This document shows positions 10,380 to 24,455 of a stretch of DNA of 64,000 bases, one piece after another. The position numbers and the translations under genes are program-made. The first letter of the stretch is position 1, and each line of letters opens with the position of its first letter. The notes below the pieces were generated by a model that saw nothing but the letters and a program-made list of their open reading frames with translations, was not told where the DNA came from and did not search any database. Source of the DNA: Octopus sinensis (lineage: Eukaryota). Where the stretch lies: assembly GCF_006345805.1 (NCBI RefSeq), contig NC_042998.1, forward strand, positions 147,436,001 through 147,500,000. The letters are read 5' to 3'.

Positions 10380-11704
10380 CGAGATTTCTTACATTTCAGA
10401 TCAACCATAGTTAATTGAATCTGCAACATTACACCATCTTTCTATTTCTTCGTTATGCAAACTACAGAACTTGGTATGTTTTCCAAACGATTTATCTGGA
10501 TTAGATACGGTGTCATGCCAGCCAAAATTATCAGTGTACCATCCTAAACAATACGGTAAGAAAATGAGACTTCTGTGCTTCATGGTTTAATGGCAGACCA
10601 GGGTCAGAATTCTTAGTTCAGTCTAAGGCTGCTTTCTGCAATTGGCATTTTTGTACATCCCAGAATGTTGGCAATAGTTTTAAAGTTGAAGGATATACTA
10701 ACTGGCATAATGCTTTGTCAAAAAGCTCTTTAACACTTTCTGCGTAAACCAAAGTTGTTTACTGCAAACAAAGGTACACATTTGAAGCGCTTATTGGAAT
10801 AACATTGGTCAGAGCATTTAGCAACTGTTAACGCTATACGTACCGATCATGGGCACAGCGCAAGTGCTTAGCGGTGCAAAACGCAACAATTCTGACATGG
10901 ACATCAGAACTGAGTCAAAAGGTATTTTGAAACAGATTACTAGCCTCAAATTCATTTTCATTGCCATTCTTCTTGTAGATATTCTGAAAGTTCTTGATGC
11001 ACCAAATAAATTGTTACAACGCCACTACTGAGATTTATCTGAAGGAGTACTTTTATAAATACTGTACTGAATATTTTGAAAGAAATTAGAATAGATAATG
11101 GAAAATTTCAGAGCATCTTCTCTCGGGCTAGGACATTTAATGTAGAAGACGAATGTTCTATTCCTCTATGCACTCATAGAATTCTAGAGAATATTACACA
11201 ATCATCTGTAATAATTTCAACGCTGGGTCATGAAGATTCTGATAACAAATATCTACTTTTTAATCGTATTTACAACTGCGTTTTGATAACTGTACTGAAG
11301 AATTTCAAAGTCGCTTTAATGAACGCAACACGAAAATATTGGCAGCTGGAGAAGCTTTGTCTCTTGAATCAGAAGCATTCTCAGAAGTTTCAAGATTATC
11401 TCTTATTTATCAACTCATGAGCATAAACTATTTGAACAGTTCATGTTACAACGAACTATGCGTTGCTAAACGTTATATTTTAGAAAATAATATTTCTAAG
11501 AAGCCGTCAGGTATCTGTTCTTCACTATATTCATTTTAGGCTGCTTTTCCAGACATCTCCAAATTATATGCTGCATCTCTCACGTTTGCTGCAAGCAATG
11601 CTTCTTGCGAGTCATCTTTCTCTACATATATACTTACATCCTATCGCTGTTCTATGATATATCAACGCAGGTGCAAACTTGTTACTACTTGCAATCATGG
11701 ATAG

Positions 11705-11705
<1 letters not shown>
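10380..11705 (+). mobile_element. Fossil hAT transposase (ZnF-TTF / ZMYM1-like group), internally deleted and frameshifted
   Basis: Fragments FCASWFNGRP..KAAFC and FKVEGYTNWHNAL (TTF zinc-finger-like); LKRLLE*HWSEHLATVNAI (TRW-motif region); KGILKQITSLKFIF; FPDISKLYAASLTFAASNASCESSFS (hAT C-terminal dimerisation domain). Confidence 0.8.

Positions 11706-11779
<74 letters not shown>
11704..11779. repeat. (AC)n microsatellite
   Basis: Uninterrupted AC tract of about 38 units. Confidence 0.97.
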
Positions 11780-11780
<1 letters not shown>

Positions 11781-11782
<2 letters not shown>

Positions 11783-12441
11783 GTCACAGGAAAGTCTGAC
11801 ATTGCTAGAGGCTGGTTTCCTTGAAGATTGCCTGAACTATGATGAGTGTTGGCTTAATCACATTGAACTAGAGACAAAGAGACAATCCATGCAATGGAAA
11901 CACTCCTCTTCGTTTTGCTCCAAGAAGCCAAGGTCATTTTATCTGCAGGGAAGGTAATAGCCTTCGTTTTTTTTGGGGGGGGGGGGGGTAAAAGGCATTG
12001 TGCTCATTGACTATCTTCAAAAGGGCCACACCATCAATGAGAAGTACTATACCAACTTGCTGAGGCTGTTACGAAAGGCTATTACGACCAAACGCCCAGG
12101 AAAATTGATGAAGCGGGGTCTTGTTTCATCAGAACAATACTCCAACACACAAGTCCTTGGTTTCAATGGCTGCTGTGCATGACTAGCTTTGAACTGGTTG
12201 ATCACCCTTCCTATTCTCCTAATTTTACCCCATCTGACTATCATCTGTTCCCCAACATGAAAAAAACACTGTGGGAAGTCACATCTGCTGTTGTTGACTT
12301 TTTTGAACAACAAGATGAAATCTTCTTCACCAATGAAAGAAATGTGTGGACCACAAGGAGGACTATATTGAAAAATAAACCCCATTTGGATACAAACCAC
12401 GAGAGGTTCCTGGCCTATGAACTTTTCAGTCGGCTCTCATA
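11781..12441 (+). mobile_element. mariner transposon remnant (3' half)
   Basis: DECWLNHIELETKRQSMQWKH, KGIVLIDYLQKGHTINEKYY and HPSYSPNFTPSDYHLFPNMKK (YSPDLAP-like motif); ends in a TIR-like GAACTTTTCAGTCGGCTCTCATA. Confidence 0.9.
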
Positions 12442-13295
12442 AAACAGGTAAGATTATGTTACTGTAAAAGAAGTACACAGCTCCTTCATTTATCCTAAGC
12501 TTAACTTTAAACCTATACCATAATCCTAAAGCATAACCTTAAAACCTTGAGCTGCACATCTTAACAAGTTATAGTTTGATGTATCTTTCGAAATAGGAGA
12601 GTTGGGGAGGCAAAAATGGAAAGCATTTTTGCGTAATCAACATCTCCAATGTTTAAAATAATTCTGAAAGAATGTTCGTAAAAGGTCCAAAATGTAAAAG
12701 TTATGGCCAGTTGCGTATGGGGAGGAGGCAGGGGGAAGGGCTTAAAAACATAGAAATGCTGAAAGATTTTTTTACCGGTTGGTAATCGATCTTTTAAACA
12801 TAAAAATTGACGAAATTGTCAAAACAGTTTACAGACTCCACCTTAGATTTATTACGAATTTGTGTCCACCCAGAATGTTTTGAAGCACCCCCAAGTACCA
12901 AAGTCTGGCGACAGGCCTATGTGTATACCTACATATGTATATGTGTGTATATGTGGATCTGTGTGAATAGGTGCGCGCAATTCCGTCTCTCCGAGATTCT
13001 CTCACCGGTTTACAACCGGTGTTGGTTTGTTTACATCCTTATCACTTCAGCGGTTCAGGCATAAAAAAGAAGCCGATAGAATAGCTTAGCGGAGTTAAGT
13101 TATTTGAAGAGTTTAGTCAATTCGATTCGATTGACTGAAGGAAAAATAACTTTTCAAGGCGGTACCCCAACATGATCGCGGTCCAATGCCTGAAACGAGT
13201 AAAAATATTTAAATAAATATAATAAAAGGAAAACAAATTCGAGTGACAGCATAGTAAGTGTATGAAAAACGTCTGCAAACCGTCATAGGTTTGAG

Positions 13296-13350
<55 letters not shown>

Positions 13351-13779
13351 CGGGTGTGTGTTGTCGCTAGACATTTCAATGCTGCTCACATTACTATGTA
13401 ACACACACACACACACACACACACATGTATATACTACATGTATACACGCACATATGTATCTGCTATACTCACTCACACATGCGCGCGCGCGCACACACAC
13501 ACACACTTGGTTTATGCCGAGTGATCGGCTGTTATCACTGTGAAATAAGTCAACAAAGAGAGGCAGTGAAGGGGAGGAGAAAGCTATGTATGTGTATAAA
13601 TGAAGTGGAGCGAGGGGAGAGAATGATGTTGGGTGTTTACGAAAATTGGAGGGAGGGGTAGAGGAGAGAAAGAGAGTAAAGAGAGTAAAGAGTGGGGAGT
13701 AAGTTGTCAGAACTTGTTTACTCTCTTAGTTTGTCGCTGAGAGGGACAGAATGATAGTAAGAGAGTAACTAAAACAGCT

Positions 13780-13783
13780 GAAT

Positions 13784-13832
<49 letters not shown>

Positions 13833-13893
13833 GGAGAACAGGTGTAGCAACAGCAGCTGTAGCAGCAGCAGCAGCAGCAGCAGTAGTAGCAGC

Positions 13894-13926
<33 letters not shown>
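13780..13926. repeat. (GATA)n, (CAG)n and (TAG)n compound microsatellite
   Basis: Direct reading. Confidence 0.95.
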
Positions 13927-14315
13927 TTAAGGGAAGATAGAACATTTGAGAGGAATGGCTCGACAGAGACAGAAAGACAAGAGAGAAAGAGAGAGACTGT
14001 GTGAAGGAGAGAGGGAAATAAAAAGAAAGACGGAGAGAGACGTGAAGGAGAATGACCGACAAAAGACAAAGAGGAAGTTAAGGAGAACGAAAGAAAGAAT
14101 GAGGGAGATAATAGAGTGAGGAATATGATTGTAATGAAAGAGGGTCGGAGGAGAAGTAGAAGTTAAAAAAGTACATTTGAATTGTAGGTCAGAGTAGGAG
14201 GAAGAGGACGAGGGGGAACAGAAAGAAGTGAAGAGATAGAGGGGGTTAAATAAAGATATATATATATAGACAGAGAGAGAGACGGAGAGAGCGATAAATA
14301 AATAGATAGATAGAC

Positions 14316-14362
<47 letters not shown>

Positions 14363-15007
14363 AAGATAAAAGGAAAAACATAAGTACGTGAAAGAGCGTG
14401 AGGGGGTAGTGGTAGTAATTATAGTAGTGGTGGTAACAGGAACAAGAGGAGTAGTGGTGGGAGAGTATAGAATTAGGATGGAATGGAAGTGGGAGATACA
14501 AATAAACAAGAGGAGCGGGTTGAGATAAGTTGAAAAAGGAAAGAAAATATAACGAGAGGGTGTCGTATTTAGATACAGACATGTTATAAGGTAGAGATAA
14601 AGAAGAAGAAATCCTAATAGATGAAAAGATACATGTAAGTGTATATGTGTATGCGCGCGCGCATGTGGCTGTGTGTGTGTTTAGAGTATGAGAGAGAAAG
14701 GAAGGAGGAGAAATAATGAGAGGATGAGTGTGTGAGTAAGGCAGGCAGGCAGACAGGCAGGCAGCAGAGGGCATGTGCACGATTTATTTTGCACGCTGGG
14801 CCAGTTGTGGAGTTTGGCTGATGTTGCTATGAAGCCTTTCTGGCAGTTCTACGATTCTTTCTGTTCAGAAGACGCAAAGACGGATATTCACGGTTCTTCT
14901 ACAACTACCGCTACTACTGCTACTACTACAACAACGCGACAAGGAGCACTTCACCCCGGTGAGGAGAGCATACCATATAATACATACATAAAAGCACATA
15001 TATGTAT

Positions 15008-15054
<47 letters not shown>

Positions 15055-15089
15055 TATTATATATATATTCTAAATATATATATATATAT

Positions 15090-16056
15090 GTATATATACA
15101 CTTGTATATAAGATCTATTGAAGAAAGAAAAAAAATCTTTAATATATAATACATGCAAGTTTGTGGGGATCGATTCAGGGTTTGGATTTGGGTTTGTTTA
15201 ATCCTTTTTCCTACATAGTAATCTCGGATAATATTACAATGTTGTGATATTATATCTGTCTCTATTCGAAAGCATGAAGCTTGCCCTTAATGTTGCAAGC
15301 TGCAAAATGCATGTAGATTTGGAGTAAAAAAAAAAAAAAAAACAGGATCAGTTTAGGTTGGTGTAATGTGCAACGCGTATATAAAGTAAAATTGGGTTTG
15401 ACTCGACAGGAAAAAAAAATAATATATTTCTATTATCATTTTTATATAAATTTAGGTACAAAGCTATACATTCACAAGGGAAGGGGTTTCTTCAATCTTC
15501 CTTTAAGGGTATTTGTTGTGTATATGAAAGCAATTGGCTGCAACATGGAACTGAAACCTCCTTGCGGATTTAGCAAGCTGACAGCTTACCTCTTATTTTA
15601 CAGCATTTTCTTTTCTTGTCTAAAAAAGCCGACAGTGTTAAATGTACACAGAAGTACAAAAGTTGCTGGAAGTCGACCCTTACATAGCACTGGTATTTAT
15701 ATTGTTAAATCCCAGTTGAGAATGGAAAGTTGAATTAATCCCTGTGTATCGAACTATACATACAGGCATACATACATATATACATATATATATACATACA
15801 TATATACATACATACTTACATGCATGCATGCAATGCATGCACATACATACACGCACATATACACATACACGCACATACACATATATACGTGTATTTATGT
15901 ATGTGTATACATGGATATATAATTTTACTATATACTCATATATGCAACTGTAAAAAGTTTTGACATTTCGAAACTATAAATTTTCTAGCTTTCTGTCTCT
16001 CTATTTTCTCTCCCTCTCTCTCTCTCTTTCATATATGCACATTATATGTGTGTATG

Positions 16057-16125
<69 letters not shown>

Positions 16126-16247
16126 ATGTATATATATAGTGTTTGGAGCATATAACGTGTGTACATGTCTGTAAAATGTGTATGTGTACTTAATTATTTG
16201 TGTGTGTATATGTATATATATTATACATATTTACATATTTTATATAT

Positions 16248-16287
<40 letters not shown>

Positions 16288-16589
16288 TATATGCATATAT
16301 TTGTTTGTAATATATATATATATATATAATATATATAAATATATATATATATATATGCATATATATACATGCATATATATATATGCATATATATACATGC
16401 ATATATATATATGCTATATATACAGCATATATATTATGCATTATATACATGTATATATGCATATAATATATATGCTTATATATATACATACATATATGTA
16501 TATATAATGTGTGTGTGTGTGTATGTATGTATACATACAGATACACACATACATACATACATACATACATACATACACATATACATACA

Positions 16590-16670
<81 letters not shown>

Positions 16671-17633
16671 CTTGTATATAAGATCTATTGAAGAAAGAAA
16701 AAAAATCTTTATATATAATACATGCAAGTTTGTGGGGATCGATTCAGGGTTTGGATTTGGGTTTGTTTAATCCTTTTCCTACATAGTAATCTCGGATAAT
16801 TACAATGTTGTGATATTATATCTGTCTCTATTCGAAAGCATGAGCTTGCCCTTAATGTTGCAAGCTGCAAAATGCATGTAGATTTGAGTAAAAAAAAAAA
16901 AAAAAACAGAGATCAGTTTAGGTTGGTGTAATGTGCAACGCGTATATAAAGTAAAATTGGGGTTGACTCGACAGGAAAAAAAAATAATATATTTCTATTA
17001 TCATTTTTATATAAATTTAGGTACAAAGCTATACATTCACAAGGGAAGGGGTTTCTTCAATCTTCCTTTAAGGGTATTTGTTGTGTATATGAAGCAATTG
17101 GCTGCAACATGGAACTGAAACCTCCTTGCGGATTTAGCAAGCTGACAGCTTACCTCTATTTTACAGCATTTTCTTTTCTTGTCTAAAAAAGCCGACAGTG
17201 TTAAATGTACACAGAAGTACAAAAGTTGCTGGAAGTCGAACCTTACATAGCACTGGTATTTATATTGTTAAATCCCAGTTGAGAATGGAAAGTGAATTAA
17301 TCCCTGTGTATCGAACTATACATACAGGCATACATTACATATATACATATATATATACATACATATATACATACATACTTACATGCATGCATGCAATGCA
17401 TGCACATACATACACGCACATATACACATACCACGCACATACATATATACGTGTATTTATGTATGTGTATACATGGATATATAATTTACTATATACTCAT
17501 ATATGCAACTGTAAAAAGTTTGACATTTCGAAACTATAAATTTTCTAGCTTTCTGTCTCTCTATTTTCTCTCCCTCTCTCTCTCTCTTTCATATATGCAC
17601 ATTATTTGTGTATGTATTATAATATATATATAT

Positions 17634-17665
<32 letters not shown>

Positions 17666-17804
17666 ATATATATACACACACAAATGTATATATATAGTGT
17701 ATTGGAGCATATAACGTGTGTACATGTCTGTAAAATGTGTATGTGTACTTATTATTTGTGTGTGTATATGATATATATTATACATATTTACATATATTAT
17801 ATAT

Positions 17805-17836
<32 letters not shown>

Positions 17837-18146
17837 AAATATATATATGCATATATTTGTTTGTTATATATATATATATATATTAATATATATATAAGAT
17901 ATATATATATATATGCATAATATACATGCATATATATATATGCATATATATACATGCATATATAATATGCATATATTACATGCATATATATAATGCATAT
18001 ATATACATGTATATATATGCATATATATATGCTTATATATATACATACATATATGTATAATATATGTGTTGTGTGTGTATGTATGTATACATACAGATAC
18101 ACACATACATACATACATACATACATACATACACACATATACATAC

Positions 18147-18175
<29 letters not shown>
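15090..18175. repeat. Tandem duplication, ~1570-bp unit (15090-16600 and 16660-18175)
   Basis: Unique sequence GTATATATACACTTGTATATAAGATCTATTG... recurs at offset 1570; differences are mostly 1-bp indels. Confidence 0.93.
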
Positions 18176-18177
<2 letters not shown>

Positions 18178-18179
18178 AT

Positions 18180-18300
<121 letters not shown>

Positions 18301-18695
18301 AGACTTATATTAAGCGGCGACCTTACAGAATCGTTAATGTGTCGGGCAAAATGCTTAGCGGCATTGGTATTCCGTCCGTCTTTACGTTCTGAGTTCAAAT
18401 GACGCTGGAATCGACTTTGCCTTTCATTCCTTTCGGGGTCAGTGTAATCGACTTAACCCCCCGGAAACCAATATATTTGCATAATGAATAGTATATATGT
18501 ATATATACGTATGTGTATACACACGTACATACACGCATTCAAATATTTGCATTTATGACCTACATCTGTCGCTGTATATGTGAGATACAATCATTAGTTT
18601 TGCTATTGTTATTGCAAAATGCTATCAATTCCAAAAAATAGGTTCTTTATATATATATAAAAAGTTGGTGGCGCAGAAGTTTAATACAATACAAT

Positions 18696-18755
<60 letters not shown>

Positions 18756-19512
18756 TTGTATATATTGCAAATATAGCGTAGAGGAGGGCCAGGTGTGACA
18801 ATTCACATATATCTATGATTTTAACGGTGCCCGTTTCTCCCTTAATATAAAGACCCTTTGGAAAAAAGAAATGTACTACTTTTATTAATCGTTCTGTCTC
18901 TTTATGTTTGCCTTTTGCTATTTCTAAGTATACATGTACATCATATGTACACGGGTATACCCGTTTATCCATAGATATATCCGTTAATCCATGGGTAACA
19001 TTAAAGGTATACCGGTAAGCCATGAGTAAATATTTTTTTTTACGGCTGATAGCTAAAAACGAGCAGCTTAAATAGGATCTATACTTCATACCTAGTTATT
19101 TGTGCCTACTGTAATCTTTGAACGGTCCCGTGTACGTGTACATATAATTATATATACAGTTGCGTGTATATAACTATATAGAGAAAGGGAGAAAGAGTAA
19201 TATGTAAATAGACAAAGAATATATCGATAAATACAGTCAAGTATTTTATATGAATGCGTTTGCATTGTCAACGTATGTATATGCTGTCTGTATGCATTAT
19301 GCATGTATGTGTATATGCTTGTATGCATGCTTATTTGTATGCATGCTTATATGCATGCATTGTTTATGCATGTTTGTATGCATGCTTGTATGCAAGAGTA
19401 TGTATGCATATATGGATTTGTATGTTTATGTGTGTATGTGTTTCTTGGAAGTTATCAAACTTAGTTTTCACAATACACCTGGTGTAACATATTTAACAAC
19501 GTTACTCTGTTG

Positions 19513-19567
<55 letters not shown>

Positions 19568-20544
19568 ATATACCCGCGCACATATTGTATATGCAATCGC
19601 ATTCAAATGAAGTTTCTCGTTTTTATTGTTTTCTTTTCTTCGTAAAACTTTTACAATTATAAATTCATTATTTCAAATGTCCCAAGGAAATCACCTGACC
19701 CCTCCCCCTTATCTTTATTAAAGGCCGGAAAGAAAGAATTAGAGAGAGAGAGATAGTTGTGAAGGGAAAGAAAATGAGGGCAGATTGCTTTTGGTTGAAG
19801 ATATGGCATGATGGAGAGAAAGCAGAAAGCAATGCCGGGAACAGACGAATAAAAGCCGGCACACCGTGCTGATCACGCTGGCTTAGTTCTGAAAATAAAA
19901 ACACCACCATCACCACTACTACCACTACAACCACCACGTAAACAGTGGCACTATTATAATAACGCTTGCTGTAAATATCATCATCATCATTATAATCACT
20001 ACAACAAACGCTTCTTCAATCACCATTTCCACCACCATCTCCAAAGTCTTCATTTTCATTAATTATCCAGCTTTTACTATCTTTAATTTACTATCACCTT
20101 GCACAGCCCATCAAAAGGAAAAGATCCCCCATTTCTATCGCTGTCGTTGTCTGTCACTACGCTCCCGTACAAAAAAAAAAAAGAAAAGAAAAGATGAAAA
20201 ATAGAAATAAAAAGTATATCCTCGCTGCAATCGCCGCCGCCTTCATAATAGTTTTGTCTTTTGGACTTCGACAGCGACGGTATGGCGGTGGTGGTGATGG
20301 GGTGGATTGAGAGTACTGGAGGTTGAGGTGAGGGCGGCTCCTGTTACAAAACTAATGTCAAGACCTGGGATAAAAAAAAAAAAAAGCTGGGCGGATGAAG
20401 ACAGGTGTGTGTGTGTGTGTGTGTGTGTGTTTTGTGGACCAGGTAGATAGCGTTATAGATTTAGATACATAAACAGACTGACAGATGCATACAAGCATGC
20501 ATATATGCATGCATACATTCGTACGTACCATCTTTTAATTTCTA

Positions 20545-20774
20545 TCTTTTACTTGTTTCAATCATTAGACTGCGGCCATGTCGGAGCACTGCCTTGAAGA
20601 ATTTTTAGTCAGTACTTATTTTTTAAAAGCCTGGTACTTATTCTATCGGTCGCATTTGCCGAACCACTAACCTACGGGGACGTAAACACACTAGCACCTG
20701 TTGTCAAGCGATGGTGGGGATACAGACACAAAGACACACACACGCACACACGCACACACACACACACACACACA

Positions 20775-20808
<34 letters not shown>

Positions 20809-20962
20809 GCGACGGGCTTCTTTCAGTTTCCGTCTACCAAATCCACTCACAAAGTTTTGATCGGCCCAAGACACTTGCCAAATGTGCTACGCAGTGGGTC
20901 TGAACCTCGAACCATGTGTTTAGGGAGCACGCTTCTTACCACACAGCCACACCTGCGCACCT
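20545..20962 (-). mobile_element. SINE family 2, near full-length, with internal (TG)n
   Basis: Reverse complement aligns to 32958-33336. Confidence 0.8.
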
Positions 20963-21423
20963 ATATATACATACGCACCATATATACATGCATATATGTA
21001 CGTACGTACATACATACATACATACATACATACATACATACATACATACATACATACATACATACATACATACACACATACACACACACACATACATACA
21101 TACATACATACATACATACATACATGCATACATACATACATACATACATACAAATAGACAAGTATAGTGATGATGGAGGTTGTTGTCATTATAAAGAGTT
21201 TGTGCGGTAAGTTACAGCAACATATATTAAGTATAAACAGCTAATATATACTTCTTATACACCCTCATTGTATATTAATAACCACTATATATTCATATAC
21301 ACCTTGTTTATATTTATAGCTACTCTATATTTATACACACCTTTATTAAAACGGGTACCCAGTGACATGTTAGCAAAGGTCATCGATAATAACCGATATT
21401 CAGTTATACACACACACATACAC

Positions 21424-21460
<37 letters not shown>

Positions 21461-21474
21461 TGTATGTATGTGTG

Positions 21475-21506
<32 letters not shown>

Positions 21507-21527
21507 ATGTATGTATGTATGTATGTA

Positions 21528-21558
<31 letters not shown>

Positions 21559-22795
21559 ATTTACACTTAGTCATATGGAGCGGGTAATGGACTTAGATAG
21601 CAAACCAAATCCTTTATTTTTTATTAAGTCATTGAACTGCGGCCATGCTGTTGCACTGAAAACGACTCCAGTGCTTTTTTATAAAGTGTTTTTTTTTTTT
21701 CCTATCGTTCCTGTTTGCTGAAACCGTCAAGCTATGGGGACGTGAAGAAACCAACACTGGCTGTCAAGTGGTGGAATGTACAGACATATATTATAAAAGA
21801 TAAAACTACACTTCGTTCACGAATGACCATATGATTGCACCACCTTGAAACGTTCCTCTTCGGGGCACAAGTCCTGGCAAGGTTGTTTGTGATAGACCAG
21901 TAGTTGTCCATGCATGCCAGTTTTCCTTCACGCCACCGATGTTATCCAAGCGAAAAGCAAAAGCTGGTACAGCTTGGCACCAGTGACATTGCAACTCATT
22001 TCCTACAGCCGAGTGAACTGGAACAGCGTGAAATGAAGTGTCTTGCTCAAGAACAAAACACACCACCCGGTCCCCATACGAACTCACAACCTCAAGATTG
22101 TAAGCTCAACACTAACTACTGAGCTATGCACCTTCACAGAGAGAGAAAGAGAGAGAGGGGGCGGGCTTCCGCATAGTTTCCGTCTACCAAAGTCATTCAC
22201 AAAGCATTGGTCGGCACGAGGTTATTGAAGAAGTGTCAAGCGGTGGAACTGAACCCGAAACCACGTAGCTGCAAAGCGAGCTTCTTAATTACACAGCAGT
22301 GCTTAATATTAGTGCCTATATAATTAATATAATCCTTATATAGCTTTCTATTATTGGTCCCAAAGTGGCGAGGTGGCACAATTTTTAGCATTCCAGGCAA
22401 AACGCTTAGCGGCATTTTGTCCATTTTAACGTTTCTGAGTTCAAATTCCTCCGCGGTTGATTTTGTCTTTCATTCTTTCATGGTCGATAAAATAAGTTCC
22501 AGTGAAGTACTTGGGTTGATCTAGTTGACTTACGTTTCCCCACGAAATTGCTGTCCCAAAATTTGAAAACAATATTGTCCTTATATACTTTCTTTTCTTT
22601 TTTCCTGGTGATAGCTTTAATATATATAGTGCCTGTACATCATTCGTGTTAATGTCTATATGAAATATTAATGCTGAGATGTCTTTCATTATTGCCTATA
22701 TATCTATCAACGCCTATACATCTTTTCATATCAGTGATGACTCAAGGGCCGAGACTTTCGTGCACTGACAGTTTATAAGGACCAATACACGAAAC

Positions 22796-22828
<33 letters not shown>

Positions 22829-22967
22829 TCCATATATGTTTTTCTTTCTTTCATTTAAGTGAACATGAACTTTATTCTATATACAGACACACACACACGT
22901 ACACACACACACACACACACATACATGCTTCAGTTTACAAATTGATGTCCAATATATTTAGTTTCTG

Positions 22968-23640
22968 AAAGCGGCGAGCTGGTAGAAACGTTAGCACGCC
23001 GGGCGAAATGCGTAACCGTATTTCGTCTGCCGTTACGTTCTGAGTTCAAATTCCGCCGAGGTCGACTTTGCCTTTCATCCTTTCGGGGTCGATAAATTAA
23101 GTACCAGTTACGCACTGGGGTCGATGTAATCGACTTAATCCGTTTGTCTGTCCTTGTTTGTCCTCTCTGTGTTTAGCCCCTTGTGGGTAGTAAAGAAATA
23201 GAAATAGGTATTTCGTCTGCCGCTACGTTCTGAGTTCAAATTCCGCCGAGGTCGACTTTGCCTTTCATCCTTTCGGGGTCGATAAATTAAGTACCAGTTG
23301 CGTACTAGGGTCGATCTAATCGTTTGGCCCCCTCCCCCAAAATTTCAGGCCTTGTGCCTAGAGTTTGACAGAAACGTTAACGCATCGGACAAATTGCTTT
23401 GCGGCATTTCATCTGGCACTTTACGTTCTGAGTTCAAACCCTGCCGAGGTCAAAATTTGTCTTTCCTCCTTTCGGGGTCGATGAAGTTAACTAACCCCCT
23501 CACTCCTGAAATTGCCGGTCTTGTGCCAAAATTTAAAAATTTCTTATTATTATTATGAAGGCGACGAGCTGGCAGAATCGTTAGCACGCCGGACAAAATG
23601 CTTAGCGGCATTTCGTCCGCCTTCACGCTCTGCGTTCATG
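22968..23640 (+). mobile_element. Cluster of four tandem SINE family 1 units
   Basis: Full unit 22968-23200, truncated unit 23207-23362, diverged unit ~23368-23540 and a head fragment from 23558. Confidence 0.85.
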
Positions 23641-23858
23641 CATACGTACATGGGGAGATAGTTTGTGCGTTAAGTAGTGGCGATATAACATTAATATGAA
23701 ATACAATTTAGTGAAAGTACTCAATACTGTTGGGGAAAGTGCAATAATATGACTCTGATTCTGAAAACAGTGAAGGACTCGAGCAAATCCAATTGAGGTG
23801 TGTATCAGAAATATCCATTTGCTATACGATCACGCACATATGTGAGCACGCGCGCACG

Positions 23859-23897
<39 letters not shown>

Positions 23898-23974
23898 ACG
23901 TGCGAGTGAGTGAACAAAGGAAAGAAAGCAGCAATCAGCACATTTGTTAGGAGTTACACACATTTTTTTTTTTA

Positions 23975-24136
23975 AATAACAGTTTGACTCAGCTCTGCAT
24001 GACTTCAAAATTTTCACATGGCTTACAATTTCAAGGACGCATGGGACACGTCCTACATGGTTGCTTCATACGTAGCAACAAACCAACCAACCAACCAACA
24101 AAAGTTTTAAGTCATGTGGAGCTGAGTCAGACCGTT

Positions 24137-24139
<3 letters not shown>
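23975..24139. repeat. Inverted repeat, ~39-bp arms with 87-nt spacer
   Basis: AATAACAGTTTGACTCAGCTCTGCATGACTTCAAAATTT versus the reverse complement of 24101-24139. Confidence 0.75.
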
Positions 24140-24225
<86 letters not shown>

Positions 24226-24410
24226 TCTGCAATTTTGCTCTATGTCCAGAGTCTCCGAGATGTGTTCATGTTACCTTAACCGATTCTATATGCTGTTGAT
24301 CATGACCAAAATACTCTTCAATTTTATTGCCAACGAAATGTAAAAATGTACGTTTTATAAAAAAAGAAATTTAAGTTCTGCAATAGGATAACTTATCCTC
24401 TGATTGATAT

Positions 24411-24455
<45 letters not shown>

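Noticed and set aside
15368-15733. 121-aa ORF duplicated at 16933
   Set aside because: Non-ATG start, frame broken in the duplicate copy, no motif recognised.
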